DNA of 64,000 nucleotides from Glycera tridactyla (Eukaryota). The stretch is from positions 22,506,001 to 22,570,000 of the forward strand of contig OZ286476.1 of NCBI GenBank assembly GCA_965644265.1. Reading direction: 5' to 3'. Made by a program: the position numbers and the translations under genes. Position 1 is the stretch's first letter. Each line of letters begins with the position of its first letter. Positions 1-12,020 of the stretch are shown here, in pieces. The notes beneath the pieces are model-generated. The model saw only the letters and a list, made by a program, of their open reading frames with translations. It did not search any database and was not told the origin of the DNA.

Positions 1-187
1 GATGCGTAGCAATGGATGTATAATGTAGGTTTGGCATTAAATAGCAACAGAACATATAATATACCACAGGGTATGACTATAAAAGAAGGAATTTGTTTTG
101 GTTTTAGATCATTATCCTCTGGATTCATTGGATGAGATACTGTCAAGATTGACATCAGGTATATTTCGTTATACTTTGGTATTTGTA

Positions 188-790
188 ATGGGGCGTTCCA
201 GCAAACAGAGATGTTTACTATGCTATCGAATGTTTCGTGGTGGTGCTGGAATATCTTTACATGAGAGGAGGGTGCACTCGAGAATTTTGGATTCTAATAT
301 TGAAAACAACCCAGAGTTCAAGGAACAGGAGCTTGTTTTTCTGAGCAAATACGAATCTGATTTGTCACCAACAAACCTCAGGACACATGTTTTGGTAAGT
401 ATGGATATCCAAACATTGTGTGAAACAGATCAGAATGCATCCACAAGCAGTTTGAACGAGGTGAATAGCAACATCAGTCACAAAAGTGTGCTGCCTCAAG
501 ATAACATACTATCCAGTGACGCACTGGAGCCCTCTAGCTCCACAATGATTGGAAAAAGGAAACGGGAATCAGGGCACGAGCAGATAAGTGCCAAAAGGAT
601 CCATTACGATGAATCCAAATATTCAGAATTGGTTACAAAGTTAGCTTTGGATATTGTAATGGCCCCATTCTATTTGGCACTGATACAAATGCAAGTCAGA
701 TATTACACAGCAGTATCAAGGGTTGAAGGCTCATGTCAGCTCAATGGCACAGTAAATACATCTCATATACTTACCTGGATACATTATTAA
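188..790 (+). CDS. C2H2 zinc-finger protein with basic NLS-like segment (ORF track 98..790; ATG at 188)
   Basis: CLLC-x12-H-x4-H (CLLCYRMFRGGAGISLHERRVH) with F and hydrophobic residue at canonical positions; GKRKR motif. A perfect donor TTG|GTAAGT at 394/395 suggests splicing. Confidence 0.6.
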   Translation: MGRSSKQRCLLCYRMFRGGAGISLHERRVHSRILDSNIENNPEFKEQELVFLSKYESDLSPTNLRTHVLVSMDIQTLCETDQNASTSSLNEVNSNISHKSVLPQDNILSSDALEPSSSTMIGKRKRESGHEQISAKRIHYDESKYSELVTKLALDIVMAPFYLALIQMQVRYYTAVSRVEGSCQLNGTVNTSHILTWIHY

Positions 791-1269
791 TGATCATAAT
801 ATCCATTTTATTTCAGTTTCAAGGCTTCATACTACGTACTCCATCATACAGCAAGGTAGCAGTGTGTGTATATATGTGTCCATGTTGATCAGCAGTAGTA
901 CATCTCCTTAAACGGTAAGTGCATAAGTGACGTTGAACTGTGATATTCATTCAATCCACACCCTGTTGCCAGCCACTCACCCCACTCTCTACACATATCA
1001 TCATCAACCAAGAATTACAAATGAATAAACACAGTTTTAAAGTCGTACATCCCAGATATGGTTTAGATTATATTAGTTCCAGTTTATTCACGTACGGTGT
1101 CAACTTTTTGGATGTATGCAGGTATATATCTGCTAGTATCACAAATTCCGCTATTCAGTAATGGGTTCTATTCAAAGTCCAGTATGTGAAGAAATAGTTT
1201 GTTGGTCAAGTTCATTTATTATGTTATTCTCATGCATATACTAATCTTAACTTGTCATTGTAGGTAATC

Positions 1270-4200
1270 ATGGAGGATAATGATTCCAGCGATGGACAAC
1301 AGTCAACTACTACTGACACTGTCATGCCATCGACTTCAAATGATAAGCAAGAGTCTCACCATACATCAAGAGTATGTGGAAGACGTGCAACAAAAAGGGC
1401 AAGGTCGAGAGGCAGATCTAGTGAATGGGCATCCAAAGTCCGCAGAAGGAATGTCAGACCTCATCCAGACTCACTGACATCTCGACAGCGTTTAGATGAT
1501 GTAAGCATAGACAATAGTCAATATTCATTAGTCCGCCATAACGTCAGACCATTTATAAACGGATTAGGTGTCAGTATATCATTTGATTTGATTTTCTCAA
1601 GCAAACTCATTCAGTCGAATCCTAGACTGATGGACGTGAAGGACATTCTAGAGTCGGTGTTTGATGAGATTCTGACTACATTATCACAAAATACACAGTC
1701 AGATGCTCTTGTGAGAATTGTTCTGTTTCAACAGGAATTAGACTCACCGATGGTTGTGCCACTGAGGAAATTGAAGATGATGAATAGTTCACATATTCTG
1801 AACACCATAAGCAATTTATCACAGTCTAAGAAAAATGTCAGGCTAGATGAATCTCTACAAATAAAGGTTGAGATCATTCACAGTATGGAGGGTGGTGCAA
1901 GATATTCGATATCTTGCGAAAATGATAGAGACAGTAAGAGGTCTATCGTAGTCGTTAAGAATGACGATCATCTATGTTTGATACGAGCCATTTTCATTTC
2001 ATGGGCATCAGCTAACAAATTATCAGATGTAGAGTTCAAGGTCAAAGTAGAACAAACAAAATTGAGTAGAACAGATACAGCATTGAAATGCAGGTGTGTG
2101 GGTCAGTCATTTTATAAGGATCTCATAAGAAAAGGTAGGAAACAACTGACAGAATGTGTATGGAAAGTTCTCAGGGAATGTAACATTGATCCTTCAGAGC
2201 CAGTTAGACTTGAACATATTCCGTCATTGGAGGCGTACTTTGAATGTGCTATATTTGTTTTTTCGAATACATGTTCAGATAGATACTTGCGTACTCCAGA
2301 TGAGCAGGTTATAGAAAACAGTGAGACAGCGCTATTTGTATACCATACAAAGCAAGCTATAAATACATATCATTATGATGCTGTCACTAATGTAAAAGCT
2401 TTTTTCGGTAAAGGATCATACTGCAATATATGTCATACACCATACAAGGATGTGCATAAATGCAAGAAGAAATGTGAGGTGTGTCAAACTTCACAGTGCT
2501 TTTGGAATCAGAAAGGAGTTGACCAGAGGGAGATCACATGCTCTGACTGTAACATGCTATGTAAGTCTCAATTTTGTTTTGAAGAACATAGAAAGATCAA
2601 GGGGGTGAAAAAAAAAACATCACAATGTCTTAAACGCTGGAAATGTCTTCTATGTTGCAGGGTGGTGATACGAGGTAAAAACAAAAGAGCACATAAATGT
2701 GGTGAGTTCAGATGCAAAAACTGTGGATGTTACTCCAGAGACTTTCACCAATGTACCATGAGGAGTGTTAACAGTAAAGAGACAGTATCCAAGAACGACA
2801 TCCACATGTACATAGCCTATGATATAGAGACATGTCAGGACGAGATTCAACACTGTTCACAAGGATAAGTGTGCTCAAACTCTTCATTCAAGTGCAATGC
2901 CTGCACCAGATGTCGCAATTGTGGTACCATGGAGTGTGGAAGTTCGGTACACAAACCCAACCTTCTTGTTGCAGAGAAATGGTGTACATTTTGTCGGAAC
3001 ATTCCATTCAGCGAGAGTACATTCTGTTCCCATTGCGGCGATAGATGCAAAAAGTGTTCACGTAGGATTCCCAATATGGGACAATTTGCATATAGACATC
3101 CTCAGTGCGATAATAATATCTGTGGACAGAGGAGGATTATATTCCATGGACTGAATTGTGTTCAACATTTTTGTGATTGGTTGATTATGAGGAGTCATTC
3201 ACATGCTGTAGTAACAGCTCACAATTCGAGCAGATATGATTCATATTTTTTATTGAAAGAAATGCTAATCAAAAAGATCAAAGTAACGAACATTGTAGTC
3301 AATGCTGGTCAGATACTCTTTTTCAGAATCAATGCTCCTTACAGCATACGTTTTGTTGACTCTGCAAGATTCATGCCAGTAAGTTTGGCTAAACTCACTA
3401 GCATGTTCCACATGAGAGCTGATGGTGATCTGAATGAGTCAATTTCCAAAGGTTTCTTTCCTCATTTATTCAATACCACAGACAGGATTGATGATAATTA
3501 TGTCGGCTCTATGCCACCCAAAACTGATTTCATGCATGAAACTATGACTCCTGACCAGAAATCGAAGTTTGAGTCTTGGTATATGGAGAGAGTAAACGAG
3601 GGGTACGTTTTTGATTTGAAGAAAGAATTGATACGATACTGTATTAATGACGTAACCATTCTTCGAAAGGCAGTCATGCAGTTTGATGATATCATGTATA
3701 GTCATGCAAAAGTCCACCCTTTTAGAGACTGTTTCACTTTGGCATCTCTCGCTATGAGAATATACAGGAAGATGCATTTGACTGAGGTGTATGATGTCAA
3801 GCTCGAGCACAAGCAAGAAGCCAAAGTGATCAGAACTCAGGCCTTTGTCAGAGATGGTATATCTAAGGTTAGAATCGATGATAAACTTCATGTGGTAGAT
3901 ACAGTGTAGTTCCTCAGATTACAAGATCGTTTCCAGGTTCTTCAAGAACTCGTTTGTAGGAGTGTCTCCACCCAATGGCTACAGGAACAATATAAAAGCA
4001 TTCAGTAAAAAAGCAGTAGCCTGGTTGGAATACCAGGCACAGACTCGTAAGATCTCCATATTGCATGCATCTAACTTTCAAGAAATAATGATCAGAAAAC
4101 CAGATGGGTCTGTGATGTATGTCGATGGATATCACCCAGGCCAAAGCATCCCAGTAGTAAATCAGATTATAGAGCAGGTACCATCAGATGCTATAGTATT

Positions 4201-5833
4201 CTTATATCACGGTTGCCTGTATCACGGGTGTATTGAATGCTATCCCGAGAATAGAGAGAGAATGCTTTTCAAGTCATCTGGGCGGAGCTATCAGGAGTGT
4301 TATTTGAGGACAATCAAGGACCAAGAGATCCTTTCTGCGATGGGACTTAATGTTGAGGTGATGTGGGAGCACGATCATGATGCATTGATTCTCATAGATT
4401 CTCTTGCCAGGGACCTTAATCGCAACGTCCATTTTGAACCTCCTTTGAATCCCAGGGAGGCATTTTTCGGAGGTAGAGTGGAGAATATCAGACTAACATG
4501 GTGTAGAGATAAGGATGATAGAATGCTGTCTTACTATGATTATTGTTCTTTATATCCATGGGCAATGAAGTATAGAACTATGCCATTATTCAACCCTACA
4601 GTTATCACAAAGGACTTCACATGCATTGATGATTATTTCGGTCTAGCAAAGGTACTGGTTGTTCCACCCAAGAGGCTATTCTATCCAATATTACCATACA
4701 GAGCAAGAGGTAAGCTCGTATTCACACTATGCGCCAAATGTGCACATTCCAACAACCAAGAAGATGTGTGTAACTGCTCAGATAATGACAGAACACTTAA
4801 AGGTGTTTACGTAACAGAAGAGTTGAAACTCGCTGTCGAAAACGGATACCGGATTTCCAAATTTTTCGAGGTTTATCATTATGATCATAATTCAGACAAT
4901 TATCTGGATTCATTTCGTGGTAGTAATTCGAACATCTTTGAAGATTACATCAACCAGTTCCTGAAGATTAAAACAGAGAGTTCGGGCTACCCGGTAGACT
5001 GTATCAGCAATGAAGACCGCGAGAAATACATAAACGACTACTATACAAAGGAGGGCATTCGTCTTGATGCACAAAACATCGAAAATAACCCCTCAAAACG
5101 TGCAATAGCGAAGCTTATGTTGAATGCCTTATTCGGCAAATACGCCCAAAAGATTCATCGTAAACAGACCAAATTCATCACCTCAGACTATCCTCAGGAG
5201 CTGTTAAACATCATGTCTGACAGCAGAATAGATATAAGTGATTTCAACATCATTTCCAGTGACATACTATCGCTGGAATACACCGAGATGAAAGACTGCA
5301 TGAAGACCCCAGCAGTCAACAATGTCGTGATTGCAGCATTCATCACAGCATACGGGAGAATGAAGCTATATGAAGCATTGAAAAAGACACACAAGAGCTG
5401 TCTGTATATGGACACAGACTCCGTAGTTTTTGAGCAAAGTACAAAAAGCACAGTTCTCCCTCTTGGCAAGTTTCTGGGTGATCTCACCTCTGAGATACCC
5501 GATGACGTGTATATCAAAGAATTTGTGAGTACGGGTCCAAAAAGCTATTCGTACATCCTGTCAAATGGTTCGAGAATTCTCAAGTACAAAGGGTTCTCGT
5601 TAAATTCAAGGGCAAAATCAATTCTAAATATTGAAACAATGAAGAGCCTGATAAAAAATCACGAAGATGAAGAAGCTAGCACGAGCTCAATCAGTGTTCC
5701 TAACACTCTAATCAAGCGAAACAAAAAGAATCTGTCAATCACCACAACGTTTGATAGGATAAAGGATTATACATTCAATGTTGATAAGAGGAGAGTGATG
5801 AGTGATCTATCCACACTACCTTTCGGCTACTGA
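1270..5833 (+). pseudogene. polB: Protein-primed family B DNA polymerase (pPolB), disrupted by in-frame TAA at 2866-2868 and a frameshift at about 3899-3909
   Basis: ExoI YDIET, ExoII AHNSSRYD, ExoIII YCINDV; Pol motifs YDYCSLYP, KLMLNALFGK, YMDTDS. Cys-rich N-terminal region and a VSR-like nuclease insertion (VDGY...YHGCLYHGC...VMWEHD). ORFs 1270..2868 and 2869..3909 share a frame; 3962..5833 is in the next frame, open from 3899. Confidence 0.95.
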
Positions 5834-6079
5834 CATCAGTAGTCGATATTCGTATCAATAGACACTCGGTAACAATCTTGATATATCCATCAGTGATAAA
5901 AGATAGATCATCAGTCTAGGAATGTATACTGTTTGTGTTGCATGTGTTTGTAGATCAATCAATCAATACAGCTTTATTTAGGCAACCACCAATAGAGTTG
6001 TTTGGATGGTTCAAATGTGGTATGAAGTTTATGTCTTCAAACCTCATACATTCTTGCATTTATATCTTGTACTATTATT

Positions 6080-6630
6080 GCATTCAAGTATTTGTACTGT
6101 TATTGTATGTCACACTTGTTGAATTCTGGGATGAACATGAATTCATGAAGGAAAGATCTTTTTGTCTTATATGGAATGATTATCCTTTTATGTGTCATCT
6201 ATGGGTCACAAACCTGGTGTATAGTTAGTCTGTCAGTCAGTCAGCCAGCCAGCCAGCCAGCTAGCCAGTCAGTCACTCAGCCAGTCAGTCAGTCAGGCAG
6301 GCAGCCAGCCAGTGAGTGATTGATTCAGCCAGACAGACAGCCAGACCGCTTTTAGAGAATACAGCCATCTCATATGTGTTGGTACTGATATGTGTCAGGA
6401 GAAGGTGTCTCAGTATAGCACATCAATTCATCAGGCAATGTTCAAAGATGTATCAAGATTAGACTGCATTCATGTCTTATACTGTTATGACATTCATTAC
6501 TGTTATTGTATGTTACACATATTGAATTCTGAAATAAACATGAATTTATGAAGGAAAAGTCTTTTTGTCTCATATGGAATGATTATCCTTTTATGTGTCA
6601 TCAATGGGTTACAAAACTTGTGTATTAGAC
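6080..6630. repeat. Duplicated ~140 bp AT-rich segment (about 6085-6225 and 6500-6630), each copy followed by a (CAGT/CAGC)n tract
   Basis: Shared sequence such as GGAATGATTATCCTTTTATGTGTCATC in both copies; microsatellite at about 6227-6345. Confidence 0.85.
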
Positions 6631-6635
6631 CATCT

Positions 6636-6830
6636 CAGTCAGTCAGTCAGTCAGTCAGTCAGTCAGTCAGTCAGTCACCCTCCTCTGCCGCCGAGCCCGC
6701 CCTCTGGGCGGGCTCGTCGGGTGTCATAATTACCGAAGCGAACGTAGACGAAGTCGGCCGACGGGGATTCGAAGTTCCTGGGTCAGTCAGTCAGTCAGTC
6801 AGTCAGTCAGTCAGTCAGTCAGTCAGTCAG
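6636..6830. repeat. (CAGT)n microsatellite split by a 106 bp GC-rich inverted copy of about 10383-10500
   Basis: 6636-6676 and 6784-6830 are CAGT runs. The reverse complement of 6677-6782 matches CCCAGGAACTTCGAATCCC...GGTAATTATGA...GGGCGGGCTC near 10383-10500. Confidence 0.9.
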
Positions 6831-8040
6831 CTCCAATGCAAGACCGCTTTCTGCTTGATATCTGTATGTAAAACAAGCTGGTGAATCCGCTGGTCGAGTC
6901 GGATTCGCGATAAAACTGCCGGTTTCTTCACAAATAGTTTTTTGAATAGGTGAATAAATACCTCTCTAACTGAGACCACCTCCGATGCGAGACCGCTTCA
7001 TATCTATACCTAAAACAAGATGATGGGCACGCTGGTCGAGCCGGATTCGTGATAGAACTGACAGTTTTCTTCACAAATTGTCATTCGAACATGTGAATAA
7101 ATACCTTGCTGAGTGAGACAACCTCCAATGCGAGACCGCTTTTGGCCTCATATCTATACATAAAACAAGATGATGAACACGTTTATTGGATGGGATTTGT
7201 GATAGAACTGATGTGAATAAATACCTCTCGAGACCACCTCCAATGCGAGACCGCTTTTGCCTTCATATCTATACATACGGTCCAGCCAGATTTGTGATAG
7301 AACTAACGGTTTCTTCACAAAGTGAGCATTCGAAGATGTGAATAAATACCTTCCATGAGTGACCACCTCTGTTGCGAGACCGCTTTTAACTTCATATTCA
7401 TACGTAAAACAAGATGGTGAATACGCTGCTCATGTCGGATTCGTGATAGAACTGATGTGAATAAATACCTCTCTCAGTGAGACCACCTCCAATGCGAGAC
7501 CGCTTCTAGCTTCATATCTATATGTAAAACAAGATGATGAGCATGCTGGTCGAGCCGAATTCCTGATAGAACTGACGGTTTCTTCACAAATAGTCATTCG
7601 AACATGTGAATAAATACCTGTCTGTATGAGACCACCTCCAATGCGAGACCGCTTTTGGCTTCATATCTATACGTAAATCAAGATAATGAACACGATTATT
7701 GAGCCGGATTTGTGATGGAAATGATGGTTTCTTCACAAATAGCTGTCAAAGTGAGCCCTCGAGATGTATCATGTTTGTGTATCTACTCGAGCTGTGACGA
7801 AAATAACCGAGTGTACCCGAACCTGCGCCCGGCTTAATATAGTCAAATATGTGAATAAATACCTCTCGAGACCACCTCCAATGTGAGACCACTCTGGCGA
7901 ATATAGTCGTCAAACTTCATATCTATACGTAAATTAGGATGGTGAATACGCTGGTCAAGTCGGATTTGTGATAGAACTGACAGTCTCTTCATAAATAGTC
8001 GCCAAAGTGAGCATACAATAGGAATGTGTATCTGCTCGAG
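6831..8040 (+). repeat. Left arm of tandem array, ~8 units of 115-145 bp with core GAGACCACCTCCAATGCGAGACCGC
   Basis: Cores near 6832, 6972, 7114, 7230, 7360, 7480, 7628 and 7868; shared GTGATAGAACTGA and TGTGAATAAATACC. Confidence 0.9.
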
Positions 8041-8189
8041 TCCACAGAGTTAGATGAGGGGAGGGGGGTTGCTGGTGGGGTGTAGCGCTGACCCTAATCT
8101 GAGGGAGCCTACCAGCCGCATATTTGACTTTATCTAGCCTACTTATTCTAGCCAAGCACAGGTTCGGATCCACTCGGATATTTCCGTCA

Positions 8190-10190
8190 AGACAGGAGTA
8201 GATACACATTCCTATCGAATGCTCACTTTGGGGACTATTCATGAAAAAACCGTTAGTTCTATCACAAATCCGACCCCATCAGCGTGTTCATCGTCTTGTT
8301 CTACGTATAGACATGAAGTTTGAAGACTATGATCGTTAAAGCGGTTTCACATTGGAGGTGGTCCCGAGAGGTATTTATACGTATATTTGACTGTATCTAG
8401 CCGAATGCAAGATCGGCTACACTCGACTATTTCAGGCCGAGTGTAGGTTCGGATTCATTCGGCTATCTCCGTCACGGCATGAGTAGATACACACTCCTAT
8501 CGAATGCTCACTTTGGAGACTATTTTTGAAGAAACCGTTAGTTCTATCACAAATCCGACCCCATCAGCGTGTTTATCGTCTTGTTTTACGTATAGACACG
8601 AAGTTTGAAGACTATGATCGTTAAAGCGGTCTCACATTGGAGGTGGTCTCGAGAGGTATTTATACGTATATTTGACTGTATCTAGCCTACTTATTCTAGC
8701 CGAGCACAGGTTCGGATTCACTCAGCTATCTCCGTCACGGCACGAGTAGATATACATTCCTATCGAATACTGACTTTGATGACAATTTGTGAAGAAACCG
8801 TTAGTTCTATCACAAATCCGACTCCATCAGCGTGTTTATCGTCTTGTTTTACGTATAGACTTGAAGGGGTCTCGCATTGGAGGTGGTCTCACACAGAGAG
8901 GTATTCATTCACATCAGTTATATCACAAATCCGGCTCGACCAGCGTATTCCCCGCCTTGTTTTACGTATAGATATGAAGTCAAAAGCGGTCTCGCATTGG
9001 AGGTGATCTCACCGAGAGAGGTATTTATTCACATCTTCGAATGACTATTTGTGAAGGAACCGTTAGTTCTATCACAAATCCGGCTCGATCAGCATGTTCC
9101 CCATCTTGTTCTATGTATAGNNNNNNNNNNNNNNNNNNNNNNNNNNNNNNNNNNNNNNNNNNNNNNNNNNNNNNNNNNNNNNNNNNNNNNNNNNNNNNNN
9201 NNNNNNNNNNNNNNNNNNNNNNNNNNNNNNNNNNNNNNNNNNNNNNNNNNNNNNNNNNNNNNNNNNNNNNNNNNNNNNNNNNNNNNNNNNNNNNNNNNNN
9301 NNNNNNNNNNNNNNNNNNNNNNNNNNNNNNNNNNNNNNNNNNNNNNNNNNNNNNNNNNNNNNNNNNNNNNNNNNNNNNNNNNNNNNNNNNNNNNNNNNNN
9401 NNNNNNNNNNNNNNNNNNNNNNNNNNNNNNNNNNNNNNNNNNNNNTCTTGTTTTACCTATTGATATGAAACGGTCTCGCATCGGAGGTGGTCTCACTGAG
9501 AGGTATTTATTCACATCTTCGAATGACTATTTGTGAAGAAACCGTTAGTTCTATCACGAATTCGAGTCGATCAGCGTGTTCATCATCTTGTTTTACATAT
9601 AGATATGAAGGCAAAAGCGGTCTCACATTGGAGGTGATCTCACTTGGAAGGTATTTATCAAGAAACCATCAGTTATATCACAAATCCGACTCGAGCAGCA
9701 TGCTCACCATCTTGTTTTACATATAGATATGAAGGCAAAAGCGGTCTCACATTGGAGGTGATCTCACTCAGCGAGGTATTTATTCACATGTTCAAATGAC
9801 TATTTGTGAAGAAACCATCAGTTCTATCACGAATCCGACTGGACCAGCGGATTCACCAGCTTGTTTTACATACAGATATCATGCCAGAAGCGGTCTCACA
9901 TCCGAGGTGGTCTCAGTTAGAGAGGTATTTATTCACATGTTCAAATGACTATTTGTGAAGAAACCGTCAGTTCTCTTGCGAATCCGAGTGCAGCAGCGTG
10001 TTCATCGTCTTGTCCTACGTATAGATATGAAGCCAAAAGCGGTCTCAAATTGGAGGTGGTCTCACTCTGACAGGTATTTATTTGTATATTCTATCGCAAA
10101 TCCGATTCAAGCAGCATGCTCATTATCTTGTTTAACATATAGATATGATGCGGTCTCACACCGGAGGTGGTCTTACTCAGCGAGGTATGT
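8190..10190 (-). repeat. Right arm of the same array in inverted orientation, at least 10 units, with an N gap at 9121-9445
   Basis: Core reads GCGGTCTCRCATTGGAGGTGGTCTC near 8340, 8626, 8868, 8987, 9471, 9620, 9741, 9890, 10040 and 10149. Confidence 0.9.
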
Positions 10191-10298
10191 TTGACTGGCT
10201 GGCTGGGAGAGGTATGCCTGACTGCTTGTTTGTGTCACGCTCCAATTCCCAGGGGGACTTGCCACCAGACCTCTCTCATTCACCCTCAGTCAGTCAAC

Positions 10299-10446
10299 AT
10301 GGGAGCCTGCACGATCACCCTCTGGTGCTTCTGCTACCACCTCATCCAGGGCAAGATCATGAGCTGTCCGGACTTCCCGCCGCCCAGGAACTTCGAATCC
10401 CTGTCGGCCGACTTCATCTTCGTCCGCGGGACGCCCTTCTCCTTCG
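10299..10446 (+). CDS. Candidate first coding exon (signal-peptide-like MGACTITLWCFCYHLIQG...) of the antisense membrane-protein gene, or a stand-alone 98 aa ORF 10299..10595
   Basis: ATG at 10299; strongly C/G-ending codons up to a phase-1 donor TTCG|GTAATT at 10446/10447, after which the composition changes. Confidence 0.35.
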
Positions 10447-10663
10447 GTAATTATGAAACCCGACGATCCCGCCTGGAGGGCGGGCTCAGCGGGCAAGGCG
10501 GGCGGCGGGCAGGCCGGCGCTCCCCCACCCCCCCTCCAGAGAAAACAAATGCAAAACACAAACGAGTATATGCGGATTTCATCAATTTTTTTTAATTTCT
10601 TGCGTAAATACATAGAATATCGCGTTTACATATCGATTATAGTCAAAGCGTAAATAGTGTCCG

Positions 10664-12010
10664 TTACGATGCCGGAAACACGTTTCTGCCTTCGTCGATC
10701 GACATGACGGCCGGAAACATGGCGTACAGAACGAGGACGATGCTTTCGGTCAGGTTCGAAGCGAAGCGCAGGGTCAATCGCGTGGTGCCCATCTGGCGTT
10801 GCTGCGTGAACTCGTTCTGGAGCATGTGGGGCATGATGTCGAAGACGATGAAGCAATAGCCGTTCTTGTACTCCTCTCTCCCGATCATCGGAAATTGCCC
10901 GGTTTGCTCGTTTTTTGCGTGAGCCAGCGTCGAATAGGCTTCCAGATATCGGTCGTTTTCGAAATCCGTGTTGATCGGTCTGTTCGGCACGCTCTGTCCG
11001 TTCACCTCGAAAGAAATGGACGACAGCTTGAAATGCTTGAACACGAACGGGTTCTTGTTGTAGGCGCCATTGAAGTTCGCTTGGGGTACCATGCCCACGA
11101 TCAATCTCGTCGGCGTCCTGCCGTTGAACGGGTTGTCGTACTGGTCGCCGCTGGTTCCGTCTTTGATGATCCACGTCTTGGTATCGCATCTCGTGTAGGG
11201 ATACATGGCGGGTCTGACCGCGAGCGCTTCGCCGTGCGCCAGAAATACGGAGGGCGAAACGTTCAGCATGGGCACCCTGACGAAGGTGTTGGTGATCTCG
11301 ACCTTGTAGTTCCCGGTCGCGCTACTGCAGATCAGTCTGAAGGCGTCCGTGCTCTGGCGGAACTTCAGTTGGAGTTGACACGCGTTCAACAGATACCGTC
11401 CGCACTTGAAGAGGTCCAGGTGGATGCGACCGATCAGCTCGATTTCCGTCGACTCGCTCGTCCTCTCGGCTCGTTTGGCCAGCTTGAGATTGACATTGGT
11501 TGCGGCCGCGAGCTGTGCCGCGGTCCGTTTCGGAACGGCGTCGTCCAACGTTCCGGCCTCCTCCTTGTCGAACATGCCCATGCTCAGCGGCGCGATCGTT
11601 TCCGATTCGTTGGCGTTCAGTAGAATGTCCATCATGGACTTGTCGGGATAATTCGACTGACATTCCACCATCTTTTGCGAAATGTAGCATTCGACAGCAC
11701 CGAAGAAGGACAAGATCGGCATGTTCGCCAGTGCCACCCCGTCCGTCGATGCGAGATCGCCACCGTCGCTCTTGACGATCTTGACCTTCAGATGCAGGTT
11801 CATGCGTTCCAAATCGATGTACATGCGCTGGTTTCCCGTGATGCTGAACTCCAGCGGCGAATAGCTGTTTATGGCCGCCACTGGACCGTAGTCGACGTGA
11901 TTGCGCGACTCGATGGAGACCTCTCGCGGCGGGAGGTTGAACAGTGCCATGGACGACACGTATCCCCAACCTCGGTCCGTGGAGTCGGGCGGGCTCTCGG
12001 ACGTGTCCAT
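10664..12010 (-). CDS. Major capsid protein (double jelly-roll, hexon-like/PY), intact 448 aa
   Basis: Polinton MCP-type N-terminus (ALFNLPPREVSIE...Y.P...I...SPLEFSI.G...YIDL); C-terminal NG..VP..P, GYCFIVFD and G..RL.LRFA motifs. Confidence 0.92.
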   Translation of the reverse strand: MDTSESPPDSTDRGWGYVSSMALFNLPPREVSIESRNHVDYGPVAAINSYSPLEFSITGNQRMYIDLERMNLHLKVKIVKSDGGDLASTDGVALANMPILSFFGAVECYISQKMVECQSNYPDKSMMDILLNANESETIAPLSMGMFDKEEAGTLDDAVPKRTAAQLAAATNVNLKLAKRAERTSESTEIELIGRIHLDLFKCGRYLLNACQLQLKFRQSTDAFRLICSSATGNYKVEITNTFVRVPMLNVSPSVFLAHGEALAVRPAMYPYTRCDTKTWIIKDGTSGDQYDNPFNGRTPTRLIVGMVPQANFNGAYNKNPFVFKHFKLSSISFEVNGQSVPNRPINTDFENDRYLEAYSTLAHAKNEQTGQFPMIGREEYKNGYCFIVFDIMPHMLQNEFTQQRQMGTTRLTLRFASNLTESIVLVLYAMFPAVMSIDEGRNVFPAS

Positions 12011-12020
12011 GATTTTTTTT

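Noticed and set aside
6831-10190. CRISPR-like appearance of the repeat array
   Set aside because: The sequence between cores is homologous from unit to unit rather than unique spacers, there are no cas genes, and the context is eukaryotic.
10383-10410. tRNA or adenovirus VA-RNA-like B box (CTTCGAATCC)
   Set aside because: One mismatch to consensus, no T-stem pairing, no A box or cloverleaf found. No known ribozyme core either.
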